Under the pieces are notes generated by a model that did not search any database, was not told the DNA's origin, and saw nothing but the letters and a program-made list of their open reading frames with translations. A stretch of 64,000 nt of DNA, from the NCBI GenBank assembly GCA_963677975.1, contig OY782677.1, positions 643,178 through 707,177 on the forward strand, written 5' to 3'. Both the position numbers and the translations under genes were made by a program. Shown one piece after another: positions 1 through 9,294 of the stretch. The stretch is from Bacteroidales bacterium. GTDB lineage: Bacteria; Bacteroidota; Bacteroidia; Bacteroidales; UBA4417. Every line of letters starts with the position of its first letter. The stretch's first letter is position 1.

Positions 1-1126
1 GGTGGTTTTCCCCTCAAAAACGTAATTCTGATCATCGATGCGTGTGTAAAACGTATTATCTGCCTCAATATCAAATTCGTCGTTGATTTCACCCACGATT
101 TCTTCGATAATATCCTCAAGAGTTATTATTCCAGAAGTTCCTCCATATTCGTCGACAACAACAGCCATATGTATTTTTTTCTCCTGGAACTCCTGCAACA
201 GGTCGTTAATGGGTTTGTTTTCGGGAATAAAAAAAGGCGGCCTGACCAGTTTAGTCCATTCGAACGAATCACTTTCCGAAAGGTATGGCAACAGGTCTTT
301 GATATACAGAATCCCGGTAATGGTGTCCGGAGTATCGTCATATACAGGAATGCGCGAATAGCCGGATTCGACAATTATTTTTTGGACTTCTGCGTAAGCA
401 GCTGTATTCTCGATTGCCGTAATATCGACCCTGGGACTCATAATTTCACGGGCGTTGATAGCCCCGAAACGGGTGATGCTTTTCATGATCTTACGGTCGT
501 CGGCATCTACTTTTCCGTCGGCAGTAATATCAATGGCGTTCGAGATATCGTCGAGTGTTATATTATGGTTCTGAAAGGCCCGCCGTTTATCGATAAACCG
601 TGTAGAACTCAGAAGCAGGCGGCTGAACGGATATAATATCCTTTGCAAAACGGTGAGAGGGAGAGAAAGAAATGCCGCTATTTTCACCGGCTTTCGGGTG
701 GCAAATACTTTTGGCATGATTTCCCCGAACAAAAGGAGAAATGAAGTGATTATTACCACCTGGAAGAGAAACCCAAGAAGCGGGTTCATCGAAAAATCCA
801 GGTAATGGTTTACCAGAAAGGTCGTAATAATTACTACCCCCACATTTACCAGGTTGTTAGTAATTAATATAGTTGCCAGCAGGAGTTTCGAATTCTCGAG
901 TAGGTGAACAATGCGTTTGTGCGGGGTAGTTTTCGACGACCTGATCTCGTTCAGTTGCGATGGCGACAAGGAGAAAAATGCGGTTTCGGAGGCTGAAGCC
1001 CCGGCAGAGCATAGCAGGAGAACAATAATTGACAGTATCCCGGCAATAAGGCCGGCTGACGAAGCCAGGGCGGTTGAAGAGAGATTTAACAATATAAATG
1101 CGAAAAACGCATCGGGGAGTGGGTCG
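1..1126 (-). CDS. gldE: DUF21/CBS-pair/CorC_HlyC hemolysin-like membrane protein, GldE-like; the 3' end runs off the left edge
   Basis: It is absent from the ORF track because it is open at the window edge. My reverse-strand translation reads ...REIMSPRVDITAIENTAAYAEVQKIIVESGYSRIPVYDD...KIHMAVVVDEYGGTSGIITLEDIIEEIVGEINDEFDIEADNTFYTRIDDQNYVFEGKTT. The only in-frame start after an upstream TAA is GTG at 1126. It is adjacent to ssb and mutY. Confidence 0.8.
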
Positions 1127-1157
1127 GCCACGGTGTGAAGTAATTGATTTTAAGGTG

Positions 1158-1165
1158 CAAAGATA
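1158..1165 (-). promoter_or_regulatory. Bacteroidota -7 box (TATCTTTG) for the gldE-like gene
   Basis: Matches TAnnTTTG on the minus strand about 30 nt upstream of the GTG start, just downstream of the ssb terminator. Confidence 0.4.
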
Positions 1166-1176
1166 GTAAAAGCAAT

Positions 1177-1215
1177 AAAACAAGCGAGCGGACAAGGTCC
1201 GCTCGCTTGTTTTTA
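1177..1215 (-). terminator. Rho-independent terminator after ssb
   Basis: Near-perfect ~15-bp GC-rich stem (AACAAGCGAGCGGAC / GTCCGCTCGCTTGTT) flanked by A and T runs. Confidence 0.7.
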
Positions 1216-1228
1216 ACCATAAATGCAA

Positions 1229-1690
1229 TTAGAACGGCAGATCTTCATGATCGTTATGCTGTGCAGTTGGCTCAGAAATAGGAGGTACAACAGGCTGTGC
1301 CGGGTGCCCGTTCGAAGAAGAATTGTGCGACTGCGGATAGGTTTCGTTTCCGCCTTCCTTCCTCCCACCGAGCAGAACCAGATTGTCGGCCTGTATTTCA
1401 GTGATATATTTCTTCTGCCCGTCTTTGCCATCGAACGAACGTGTGCGGATTTTACCTTCTACATAAACCTGGCTTCCCTTGTGAAGGAACTGCTCGGCAA
1501 TTTCGGCAAGGCCACGCCACATTACAATATTGTGCCATTCGGTATGCTGAACTTCATTACCTTCCTTATCTCGCGAGAATTCGGTTGTAGCAAGCGAAAA
1601 GGCAGCTTTCTTATACGTGTCGAATGATTGGACTTCAGGATCTTTCCCCAGATTACCTACCAGGATTACTTTGTTAACGCCTCGTGCCAT
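1229..1690 (-). CDS. ssb: Single-stranded DNA-binding protein
   Basis: MARGVNKVILVGNLGKDPEV OB-fold N-terminus, a Gly/Pro/Gln-rich tail and a C-terminal acidic tip ending in DLPF. Confidence 0.95.
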   Translation of the reverse strand: MARGVNKVILVGNLGKDPEVQSFDTYKKAAFSLATTEFSRDKEGNEVQHTEWHNIVMWRGLAEIAEQFLHKGSQVYVEGKIRTRSFDGKDGQKKYITEIQADNLVLLGGRKEGGNETYPQSHNSSSNGHPAQPVVPPISEPTAQHNDHEDLPF

Positions 1691-1726
1691 AATACTTTGA
1701 TTCTAGATTAATATTTTAAAGTAATA

Positions 1727-1734
1727 CAAATGTA
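1727..1734 (-). promoter_or_regulatory. -7 box (TACATTTG) for ssb
   Basis: TAnnTTTG about 36 nt upstream of the ssb ATG. Confidence 0.35.
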
Positions 1735-1813
1735 CTCCATTTTAAAACCTTGCTGCTTCAGTGTTGATAAATATTAGCTGTGGGTGCCGCACCGGGCCGG
1801 TTACTGAAACCTT

Positions 1814-2881
1814 TCAGGACTGGCTGAACAGATCCGCGAAGTACCTGTCGATCAGCCTTGGCAGGGGTAGTCCGGCAATGAGGTTTCGATTGACAGGCAT
1901 AACATCACCGGTCGTTTCCGGCTTTCCCTGCAACTCAAGCTGTATAAACCTTACAAGCAGCCTGCGATGCGAAAGCTGGTGGATATATTCGCCCGATATT
2001 TTTTTGATTACAAATGGAAATCCAAATGTATAACCCTCTTTTTCAATTTGTTCAATAATCACTTCAGGGTCTGTTTGGATTGAAGTTTCCAAACACGGAA
2101 AATCGTACATATTTTTCCAGATATCGTTCCCTGTTCGTTTACGCATAAGGATGAAATCATCACTATGTTGATTAAAACTGATCACAAGGTAATTCATATA
2201 CCGGGCTGTAGGTGCTTTCTTTGGAGTTTTTACCGGGAAAAATCCGATTTTATTCCGGATTAGAGCTTTGCAGCCGAAAGCCAGCGGGCAGTCGTTGCAT
2301 GAAGGACTTTTTGGTGTACAAACCAGTGCCCCTATTTCCATCATTGCCTGGTTGAATGTGCCCGGATGATGTTTATCCATCATAGTATTAGCCAGCGCTG
2401 TAATTTCGTTACGCCCGCTGTTTGTATTTACCGCTTTTTCAAAAGCAAAGAGGCGCGAAACAAGGCGTGCTACGTTGCCATCGAGCACTGCAACCGGCTC
2501 ATCGAAACAAATGGATGCAATAGCGGCGGCAGTATAATCACCTATGCCTTTCAGTTGCTTTAGTCCGTCCGCAGTTTGAGGGAAAACCCCATTGTGCTTT
2601 TCAACTATCTGAATAGCGGTATGATGCATATTCCTTGCCCGGGAATAATAGCCCAGCCCCTGCCAGAGTTTCAGCACATCCTGTTCGGCTGCGGCTGCAA
2701 GACTGTGTACATCAGGAAAAGCCGAAAGAAAACGATGATAATAATCCGTTCCCTGGGCAATGCGGGTTTGTTGTAGAATAACCTCGGAAAGCCAGATTTT
2801 ATAGGGATCGAGTGTTTCGCGCCAGGGAAGGGGGCGTTTGTTCAGATCGTACCAGGCGAGAAGTGATTCGGATAAATTCAT
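1814..2881 (-). CDS. mutY: A/G-specific adenine DNA glycosylase
   Basis: LLAWYDLNKRPLPWR, WLSEVILQQTR and HhH-GPD motifs; a Cys cluster CTPKSPSCNDCPLAFGC (4Fe-4S); a NUDIX-like C-terminus. The ORF extends to 2980, but the MNLSESLL start at 2881 fits the family N-terminus and lies just after a -7 box. Confidence 0.9.
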   Translation of the reverse strand: MNLSESLLAWYDLNKRPLPWRETLDPYKIWLSEVILQQTRIAQGTDYYHRFLSAFPDVHSLAAAAEQDVLKLWQGLGYYSRARNMHHTAIQIVEKHNGVFPQTADGLKQLKGIGDYTAAAIASICFDEPVAVLDGNVARLVSRLFAFEKAVNTNSGRNEITALANTMMDKHHPGTFNQAMMEIGALVCTPKSPSCNDCPLAFGCKALIRNKIGFFPVKTPKKAPTARYMNYLVISFNQHSDDFILMRKRTGNDIWKNMYDFPCLETSIQTDPEVIIEQIEKEGYTFGFPFVIKKISGEYIHQLSHRRLLVRFIQLELQGKPETTGDVMPVNRNLIAGLPLPRLIDRYFADLFSQS

Positions 2882-2889
2882 AATTGGTA

Positions 2890-2897
2890 CAAAAGTA
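2890..2897 (-). promoter_or_regulatory. -7 box (TACTTTTG) for mutY
   Basis: TAnnTTTG 8 nt upstream of the ATG at 2881. It lies inside the longer ORF, which argues for the shorter start. Confidence 0.35.
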
Positions 2898-3156
2898 TTC
2901 ACAAGTATCGAATATTCCGGAAAAGACATGAGAAGCCTTTTGTTTTTTTTGAATACCTCCGGATTGCAAAACCGCATCAATGTTTTTTCAGGTATAGAGT
3001 CGGATTACTTTTGCTTTACAGGATTACTTTGTTTTTCGAAAAAGATTTGATTTCGTTGCATTTCCATCTTTTTGATCAATGAAATCGCATTCTATCCTTA
3101 TTACACAAAAGATATATCAGAGTTCAGGGTGCTTACGCGGATATTAAACGGATTTG

Positions 3157-3164
3157 TATATTTG
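3157..3164 (+). promoter_or_regulatory. -7 box (TATATTTG)
   Basis: TAnnTTTG 47 nt upstream of the ATG at 3212. Confidence 0.3.
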
Positions 3165-3211
3165 CTCATGATACTATGCTATCAATCAACTGATACGGCA
3201 AAATTTGATGT

Positions 3212-3982
3212 ATGACAATTACCTGTAAAAACTGCAATACCAGCTTCAAGGGACATTTTTGTTATAATTGCGGACAACCGGCCCATACCCACCGTCTTGA
3301 TCTGATTTCGGTGTGGCACGATATTCAGCACGGCCTCTTGCATATCGATAAAGGAATTCTTTATACCATTGCCCAGCTTTTTACGCGGCCGGGACATTCA
3401 ATCCGCGAATATCTTGAAGGGAAACGTGTTAAGCATTTTAAACCGGTTTCGCTGGTTATAATCCTTGCAACCGTATTTGCACTGGCTAATCACTTCCTGA
3501 GCCTGAATATTGTTAACGATAAAGGAAATACTGTTGAATCGAGTATATCGGGTATAAATTTCAGTATTACAGGGGCTGAAGCTGAATTGAGAGGAATCAA
3601 GGAATTTATCGAATCTCATTTCGCCCTGCTGCAACTGCTTCTGCTACCCTATTATTCCTTTGCCACATGGCTTGCATTCCGCAAAAGCGGGTTCAATTAT
3701 ATCGAACACCTGGTAATCAATGCCTTTTTCAGGGGACAGGTTATTATTATTTCTACTTTGCTGCTTCCGCTTGTTTACTGGGGTTTTATTACAAACGAAG
3801 TAAGCCGTTCCGTTGCTCTTTGGCTGGAGTTGGGGTGCTTTTTCTGGATTTTTCTTCAGCTTTTTCATAAGCGCCGGATCTTTTATGTTATTAAACGATT
3901 ATTGCTTTCTTTAATCATATTTTTTGTCGGGCAACTGGTTGTATTGAATATCATCCTTTACACGATGAAAATATTCAACTAA
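3212..3982 (+). CDS. DUF3667-like membrane protein with an N-terminal zinc-ribbon
   Basis: CKNCNTSFKGHFCYNCGQ zinc-ribbon start followed by several hydrophobic helices. Confidence 0.75.
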   Translation: MTITCKNCNTSFKGHFCYNCGQPAHTHRLDLISVWHDIQHGLLHIDKGILYTIAQLFTRPGHSIREYLEGKRVKHFKPVSLVIILATVFALANHFLSLNIVNDKGNTVESSISGINFSITGAEAELRGIKEFIESHFALLQLLLLPYYSFATWLAFRKSGFNYIEHLVINAFFRGQVIIISTLLLPLVYWGFITNEVSRSVALWLELGCFFWIFLQLFHKRRIFYVIKRLLLSLIIFFVGQLVVLNIILYTMKIFN

Positions 3983-4114
3983 ATTTTCCCGGATCCGCAT
4001 TTTTGAGTGTTAACCTGAAGTGAACGGCTGAAAAGCCGGTTTGGTCGATTGGCTTATCGGAGTTTTAAAAATTACTTTATCTTGCGCCCTCATTTTGCCG
4101 AAAAACGTCGTATT

Positions 4115-7000
4115 ATGATTAAAAAAATGCTTCCGTTGCTTTGCCTTGCCTTATTGCAGGGAATTAATTGTTTTGCTCAACCCACTGCAAAAAAACCACT
4201 TACCCATGATGTGTACGATGGATGGAAGAAACTCGACAAACCACTGATTTCCGATAACGGCAAATATGCTGCCTTCGAGATAAATCCACAGAAGGGCGAC
4301 GGATGGCTTCACGTGCAAAACCTTGCTGGGGGCAGCCGCGATTCACTGTTTAGGGGGCAAAGTGTCTTATTTGCGTCAACATCCGATATCATTGCATTCA
4401 GGATTGTACAACCGGCTGATACATTGCGCAAACTTAAGCTGGCCAAGAAGAAAAAAGAAGATATGCCCAAAGATTCACTGGGGATCTGGCTCTTAGAAAA
4501 AGATTCAATCATCAGGTACGCCGGGTTGAAATCGTTCCAGATGCCTAAAGAAGGAGGGGCCTGGGTTGCCTGGCTTTATGATAAACCAAAAGCCAAAGAA
4601 AAAGAAAAGAAAGAAATTAAGGATACACTCCAGGGATCAAAACCTGATACGCTTGCGGCAAAACCTAAAGAACAAGTAACAAAGGAAAAAGACAAAAAGA
4701 AGAAAAAGGGCACGTTTGCCGAAACCGAAACTTTCAGCATGGGGATTTCGAATCCTGTTTCAAATCAGAACTTCACTTACGAAAATGTGACAGAATCCGC
4801 GTTTTCAAAAAACGGCAACCTGCTTGCATTCATCACTTTGAAAAAAGATAGTATTGATTCGGTTTCTGTTTCTGTTTTCGATACCCGTACATTAAAAATG
4901 ACCCGGATTTTCGAAAAGCCGGGTTTTGCAAAAAAAGTAACTGCTGATAATGCCGGCAGGTCGGTGGCTTTTCTGTACACTGCGGATACCGCAAAAGTGA
5001 AGCGTTACGGGCTTTATCTCTGGGATGAGAAGTTAAAAAATGCTTCGCTTGTTGCCGATACTGCTGCTTCGGGCATCCCGGCCGGATGGGAAGTATCGGA
5101 AAACGGCAACCTTAGTTTTGCCGACGATGGCAGCAAATTGTATTTTGCAACCGCACCGAAAAAAATGCCGGAGTCGAAGGATACACTTCTGGATGAAGAA
5201 AAGGTAAAAGTTGATATCTGGTCGTGGAACGATGCCCGCCTGCAGTCGCAGCAGTTAAAAAATCTCGATGAGGACCTTAAAAAATCCTACCTGTCGGTGT
5301 ATCGTGTTGCCGAAAAACGTATTGTTCAGCTTGCGGATACCCTGCTCGAACAGGTGCGCACTTTCAGGAAAGGGAATGCTGATTTCGCTCTTGGCACAAC
5401 TAACAAACCCTACGAAATGCTGAGTTCGTGGGAAGGTACATCATACAGGGATATTTACCTCCTCGATCTGAAAACCGGAGGTCGCCGGCTTTTACTGAAG
5501 AGGCATCCGGCCAGTGCCGAATTATCCCCTTCAGGGAAATACCTTCTGTATTACGAAATTGCCGACAGCAGCTGGAATACAATTCAAATTGCTACGGGCA
5601 GGAAATTCTGCCTTACAGCATCAATTCCCGTACCGCTCAGCGATGAGGAAAACGATCAGCCCGATTTGCCAAATCCTTACGGAATTGGAGGGTGGACGAC
5701 AGATGATGCTTCTGTGCTGATCTACGACCGGTACGATATCTGGCTTCTTAATCCCGAAAACCTGGCCGCACCCGTTTCTCTCACAGCCAAAGGCCGCGAA
5801 AGCAAAACAGTTTACCGCTATGTGAAAACCGATCCCGAGGCACTGGACATTAATCCCAAAGAACCATTGCTGCTAAAACAAACCGAAGATATAAGCTGCA
5901 AACAGGGTTTTGGTAGTGTTTTGATAAACGAACCGGGCAAAATCCGGCCGCTTATACTTTCGGACCACGTTTACACAAATCCCCTGAAAGCTAAAAATGC
6001 CGCACAATTCCTTTGGCAGCGTTCGAGTTATACCGAGTATCCCGATTTATGGACAAGTTCAGCTACATTCAATGGTTTTAAAAAGCTCTCGGTAACCAAT
6101 CCTCAGCAAAACCAGTACCTGTGGGGCACTGTTGAACATGTTTCGTGGAAATCGTTTGACGGGGGCGAACTTCGCGGACTTCTTTATAAACCTGAGAATT
6201 TCGATGCAACCAAAAAGTACCCTATGATCGTGTATTTTTATGAAAAGTATTCGCAGGATATCAATGTTCATTATGTGCCGCAGCCAACACGTTCCACTGT
6301 GAACTTTACCTATTACAACAGCAACGGGTATATTGTTTTCGTTCCGGATATCAACTACCGGACCGGCGAACCGGGCCGGTCGGCCTATGATGATATCATC
6401 AGTGGAACACTTGCCATGACAAAGTTTCCTTACATCGATGCGGATAAAATGGGCATACAGGGTCAGAGTTGGGGCGGGTACCAGGTAGCCTATCTTGTAA
6501 CGCAGACCGGTATGTTCAAAGCCGCAATGGCCGGTGCGCCGGTTAGTAATATGACTTCTGCATACGGAGGTATCCGCGGGGAAAGCGGTATTGTACGACA
6601 GTCGCAATACGAGCACGGACAAAGCCGTTTAGGGGCAACCCCCTGGCAAAATCGTGAACTCTATATCGAAAATTCACCGATTTTTTATGCCGACCGCATC
6701 ACCACCCCATTGCTTATTATGAGCAACGACAACGATGGTGCAGTGCCTTATTACCAGGGAATTGAACTCATAACCGCCATGCGTCGCCTGGGAAAACCGG
6801 CCTGGCTGCTTTGCTACAACGGCGACGAACACAACCTTACAAAACGCCCGAACCGACAGGACCTGAGTATACGTATGAGTCAATTTTTCGATCATTACCT
6901 CAAGGATGCTCCCGAACCAATCTGGATGGATAAAGGACTGCCGGCAGTAGTAAAAGGGAAAGAGTTACGTTACAACAGTAGCGATGAGGGGAACGAATAA
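4115..7000 (+). CDS. S9 family (prolyl oligopeptidase/acylaminoacyl peptidase type) serine peptidase, secreted
   Basis: MIKKMLPLLCLALLQGINCFAQ signal peptide; a long beta-propeller-like N-terminal half; C-terminal GQSWGGY nucleophile elbow, DNDGAVP and GDEHNL (Ser/Asp/His). The ORF track starts at a TTG at 4049; the ATG at 4115 gives the signal peptide. Confidence 0.9.
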   Translation: MIKKMLPLLCLALLQGINCFAQPTAKKPLTHDVYDGWKKLDKPLISDNGKYAAFEINPQKGDGWLHVQNLAGGSRDSLFRGQSVLFASTSDIIAFRIVQPADTLRKLKLAKKKKEDMPKDSLGIWLLEKDSIIRYAGLKSFQMPKEGGAWVAWLYDKPKAKEKEKKEIKDTLQGSKPDTLAAKPKEQVTKEKDKKKKKGTFAETETFSMGISNPVSNQNFTYENVTESAFSKNGNLLAFITLKKDSIDSVSVSVFDTRTLKMTRIFEKPGFAKKVTADNAGRSVAFLYTADTAKVKRYGLYLWDEKLKNASLVADTAASGIPAGWEVSENGNLSFADDGSKLYFATAPKKMPESKDTLLDEEKVKVDIWSWNDARLQSQQLKNLDEDLKKSYLSVYRVAEKRIVQLADTLLEQVRTFRKGNADFALGTTNKPYEMLSSWEGTSYRDIYLLDLKTGGRRLLLKRHPASAELSPSGKYLLYYEIADSSWNTIQIATGRKFCLTASIPVPLSDEENDQPDLPNPYGIGGWTTDDASVLIYDRYDIWLLNPENLAAPVSLTAKGRESKTVYRYVKTDPEALDINPKEPLLLKQTEDISCKQGFGSVLINEPGKIRPLILSDHVYTNPLKAKNAAQFLWQRSSYTEYPDLWTSSATFNGFKKLSVTNPQQNQYLWGTVEHVSWKSFDGGELRGLLYKPENFDATKKYPMIVYFYEKYSQDINVHYVPQPTRSTVNFTYYNSNGYIVFVPDINYRTGEPGRSAYDDIISGTLAMTKFPYIDADKMGIQGQSWGGYQVAYLVTQTGMFKAAMAGAPVSNMTSAYGGIRGESGIVRQSQYEHGQSRLGATPWQNRELYIENSPIFYADRITTPLLIMSNDNDGAVPYYQGIELITAMRRLGKPAWLLCYNGDEHNLTKRPNRQDLSIRMSQFFDHYLKDAPEPIWMDKGLPAVVKGKELRYNSSDEGNE

Positions 7001-7143
7001 ATTAACACGTTTGGAAATCGCGAAAGGAATTTGCCCAAAACTAATTCCGTCAGAAGACAGGCCATTGATAAGGTCCTGAAAAAGGCTAGATCCTATTTTT
7101 TGAAACAATACCCTGGCCGGTTTTATCAAATCAATTTTTGCAT

Positions 7144-7151
7144 TACTTTTG
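7144..7151 (+). promoter_or_regulatory. -7 box (TACTTTTG) for the OPT transporter
   Basis: TAnnTTTG 23 nt upstream of the ATG at 7175. Confidence 0.35.
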
Positions 7152-7174
7152 AAACGCACTTAACCTGAAAATCT

Positions 7175-9157
7175 ATGTCAGAACACGAACACGGCCCCAT
7201 CAAAGGCCTTCCCGAAAACGCCTACACCGAACTTAAACCAGGCGAAACCTACGAACCCATCATGTCGCCGCAAAAGGTGTATCCCGAAGTAAACACATGG
7301 AGTGTAATCTGGGGAATAATAATGGCAGCTGTATTTTCGGCCGCCGCTGCTTACCTGGGCCTTAAAATCGGCCAGGTTTTCGAAGCTGCTATCCCTATTG
7401 CTATCATAGCCGTAGGACTTTCAACTGTGTTTAAACGTAAGGGTGCACTGGGCGAAAATGTAATTATCCAGTCCATTGGTGCCAGTTCAGGAGTAATTGT
7501 TGCAGGAGCCATTTTTACTTTACCCGCTCTATATATTTTAAACCTGCAGGTGCAGTTCTACCAGATTTTCATGTCGTCGCTGCTTGGCGGTTTTCTGGGC
7601 ATTTTGTTCCTGATCCCTTTCCGTAAATATTTCGTTGCCGAAATGCACGGCAAATACCCATTCCCTGAGGCAACGGCAACAACCGAAGTCCTGGTATCGG
7701 GAGCCAAAGGCGGCAACCAGGCGCGTCTGCTTCTCGTAGCAGGTTTAATAGGCGGTATTTATGATTTTATTATTGCCACTTTCGGTTTATGGGCCGAAGT
7801 ATTCACAACCCGTGTTATCCCGATCGGGCAGGCGCTGGCTGATAAAGCCAAAATCGTTTTCAAACTCAATGTAGGTGCTGCCGTTGTAGGTCTTGGTTAT
7901 ATTATCGGGTTGAAATATGCAGCTATTATATGTGCCGGTTCATTTGTCGGCTGGTATGTTGTAATCCCTATTATTAATTTCTTTGCCGACGGGCAAACTA
8001 TCGCCGTTGGAACCAACATTACCGCCCTTATCGGGAATATGTCGGCCGAACAGATTTTCACGGCTTATGTCCGGCCGATTGGTATAGGCGGAATTGCAAT
8101 GGCGGGTATCATTGGTATTATCCGTTCGAGCGGTATTATAAAATCGGCTATCAGTTTAGCGGGTAAAGAAATTTTCGGAAAGCACGAAGGTGCTAAAACC
8201 AACCTGCGCACCCAACGCGATCTTCCAATGGCAATTATTGCCGGAGGTATACTGCTTACAGCGATTGTTATCCTGGTGTTCTTCTACTTCGGGGTGGTTC
8301 ATAATATTACCCATGCATTGGTTGGCCTAGGAATTGTTATGCTAATTGCATTCCTTTTCACAACTGTGGCAGCAAACGCAATTGCTATTGTTGGAACAAA
8401 CCCTGTAAGCGGAATGACGCTGATGACACTTATCATTTCGTCGCTTGTTCTTGTTTCGGTAGGCTTAAAGGGCGAATCGGGTATGATTGCCGCTCTTATT
8501 ATCGGGGGAGTTGTATGTACGGCGCTTTCGATGGCGGGAGGTTTTATTACCGACCTCAAGATCGGTTACTGGCTGGGTTCATCACCCTATAAGCAGCAAT
8601 CGTGGAAATTCCTCGGAACTTTTGTTTCGGCAATCACCGTTGGAGGAGTAATTATGGTTTTGAACAAAACCTACGGGTTTACAGGCGAAAACGCAATGGT
8701 GGCCCCACAGGCCAATGCCATGGCTGCTGTAATCCAGCCTATGATGAGCGGGCAGCCGGCACCATGGATGTTATACGCAGCAGGGGCATTCTTATCGCTT
8801 ATACTAACCATGATCGGCGTTCCGGCTTTGGCCTTCTCGCTTGGAATGTTTATTCCTTTACAACTTAACACCCCTCTATTATTGGGAGGTATTATTGCTC
8901 ATATCGTCGGTAGCCGCAGCAAGGACGAAAAGCTTAACCAGGCGCGTCGCGAAAGGGGTACTCTTATTGCATCAGGGTTTATTGCCGGCGGGGCTTTAAT
9001 GGGAGTGGTAAGTGCAGTGCTGGCTAACTTCGGGGTAAACTTTGTAAACAAGGAATGGTTTGAATCGCATAGCGCCGAAGCTCTTGCTTTGCTTATGCTT
9101 GCCGTGCTTTGTGCTTACTTTATCTGGGAAACGCTTAGAGCTAAAAAAGAAGAATAG
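7175..9157 (+). CDS. OPT family oligopeptide transporter
   Basis: 660-aa polytopic membrane protein. N-terminal LPENAYTELKPGETYEPIM and many Gly-rich TM helices are typical of bacterial OPT proteins. Confidence 0.88.
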   Translation: MSEHEHGPIKGLPENAYTELKPGETYEPIMSPQKVYPEVNTWSVIWGIIMAAVFSAAAAYLGLKIGQVFEAAIPIAIIAVGLSTVFKRKGALGENVIIQSIGASSGVIVAGAIFTLPALYILNLQVQFYQIFMSSLLGGFLGILFLIPFRKYFVAEMHGKYPFPEATATTEVLVSGAKGGNQARLLLVAGLIGGIYDFIIATFGLWAEVFTTRVIPIGQALADKAKIVFKLNVGAAVVGLGYIIGLKYAAIICAGSFVGWYVVIPIINFFADGQTIAVGTNITALIGNMSAEQIFTAYVRPIGIGGIAMAGIIGIIRSSGIIKSAISLAGKEIFGKHEGAKTNLRTQRDLPMAIIAGGILLTAIVILVFFYFGVVHNITHALVGLGIVMLIAFLFTTVAANAIAIVGTNPVSGMTLMTLIISSLVLVSVGLKGESGMIAALIIGGVVCTALSMAGGFITDLKIGYWLGSSPYKQQSWKFLGTFVSAITVGGVIMVLNKTYGFTGENAMVAPQANAMAAVIQPMMSGQPAPWMLYAAGAFLSLILTMIGVPALAFSLGMFIPLQLNTPLLLGGIIAHIVGSRSKDEKLNQARRERGTLIASGFIAGGALMGVVSAVLANFGVNFVNKEWFESHSAEALALLMLAVLCAYFIWETLRAKKEE

Positions 9158-9294
9158 GAATCACAGGTTGACGAGCTACCCGTGTGAAGGGGCGAGAGGC
9201 GATGTGGCGATTAGCAGGAAGGAGACTTATTCATCCTGACCTGTCACCAGGCTCCTTCATTTTGCTTCAATATTAATAATCTAAAATCAGAATC

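Noticed and set aside
83-636. Plus-strand ORFs of 92 and 155 aa, and a minus-strand ORF of 82 aa, at the left edge.
   Set aside because: They overlap the edge-truncated minus-strand CBS/CorC_HlyC gene, which has far stronger protein-like sequence. The two plus-strand ORFs are antisense shadows, and the 82-aa minus-strand ORF is an alternative frame on the gene's own strand.
4747-4755. TTCGAATCC strings (also at 43329..43337) reminiscent of tRNA T-arms.
   Set aside because: Both lie inside well-supported coding frames, and the flanks cannot form acceptor or anticodon stems. I found no tRNA genes in the window.
9184-9197. An exact 14-mer, GTGAAGGGGCGAGA, shared with 30171..30184, considered as evidence for a mobile element or MITE.
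   Set aside because: A handful of 14-mer coincidences are expected by chance in 64 kb, the flanks do not align, and there are no terminal inverted repeats or target duplications. I kept it only as part of the compositional family of post-stop spacers.
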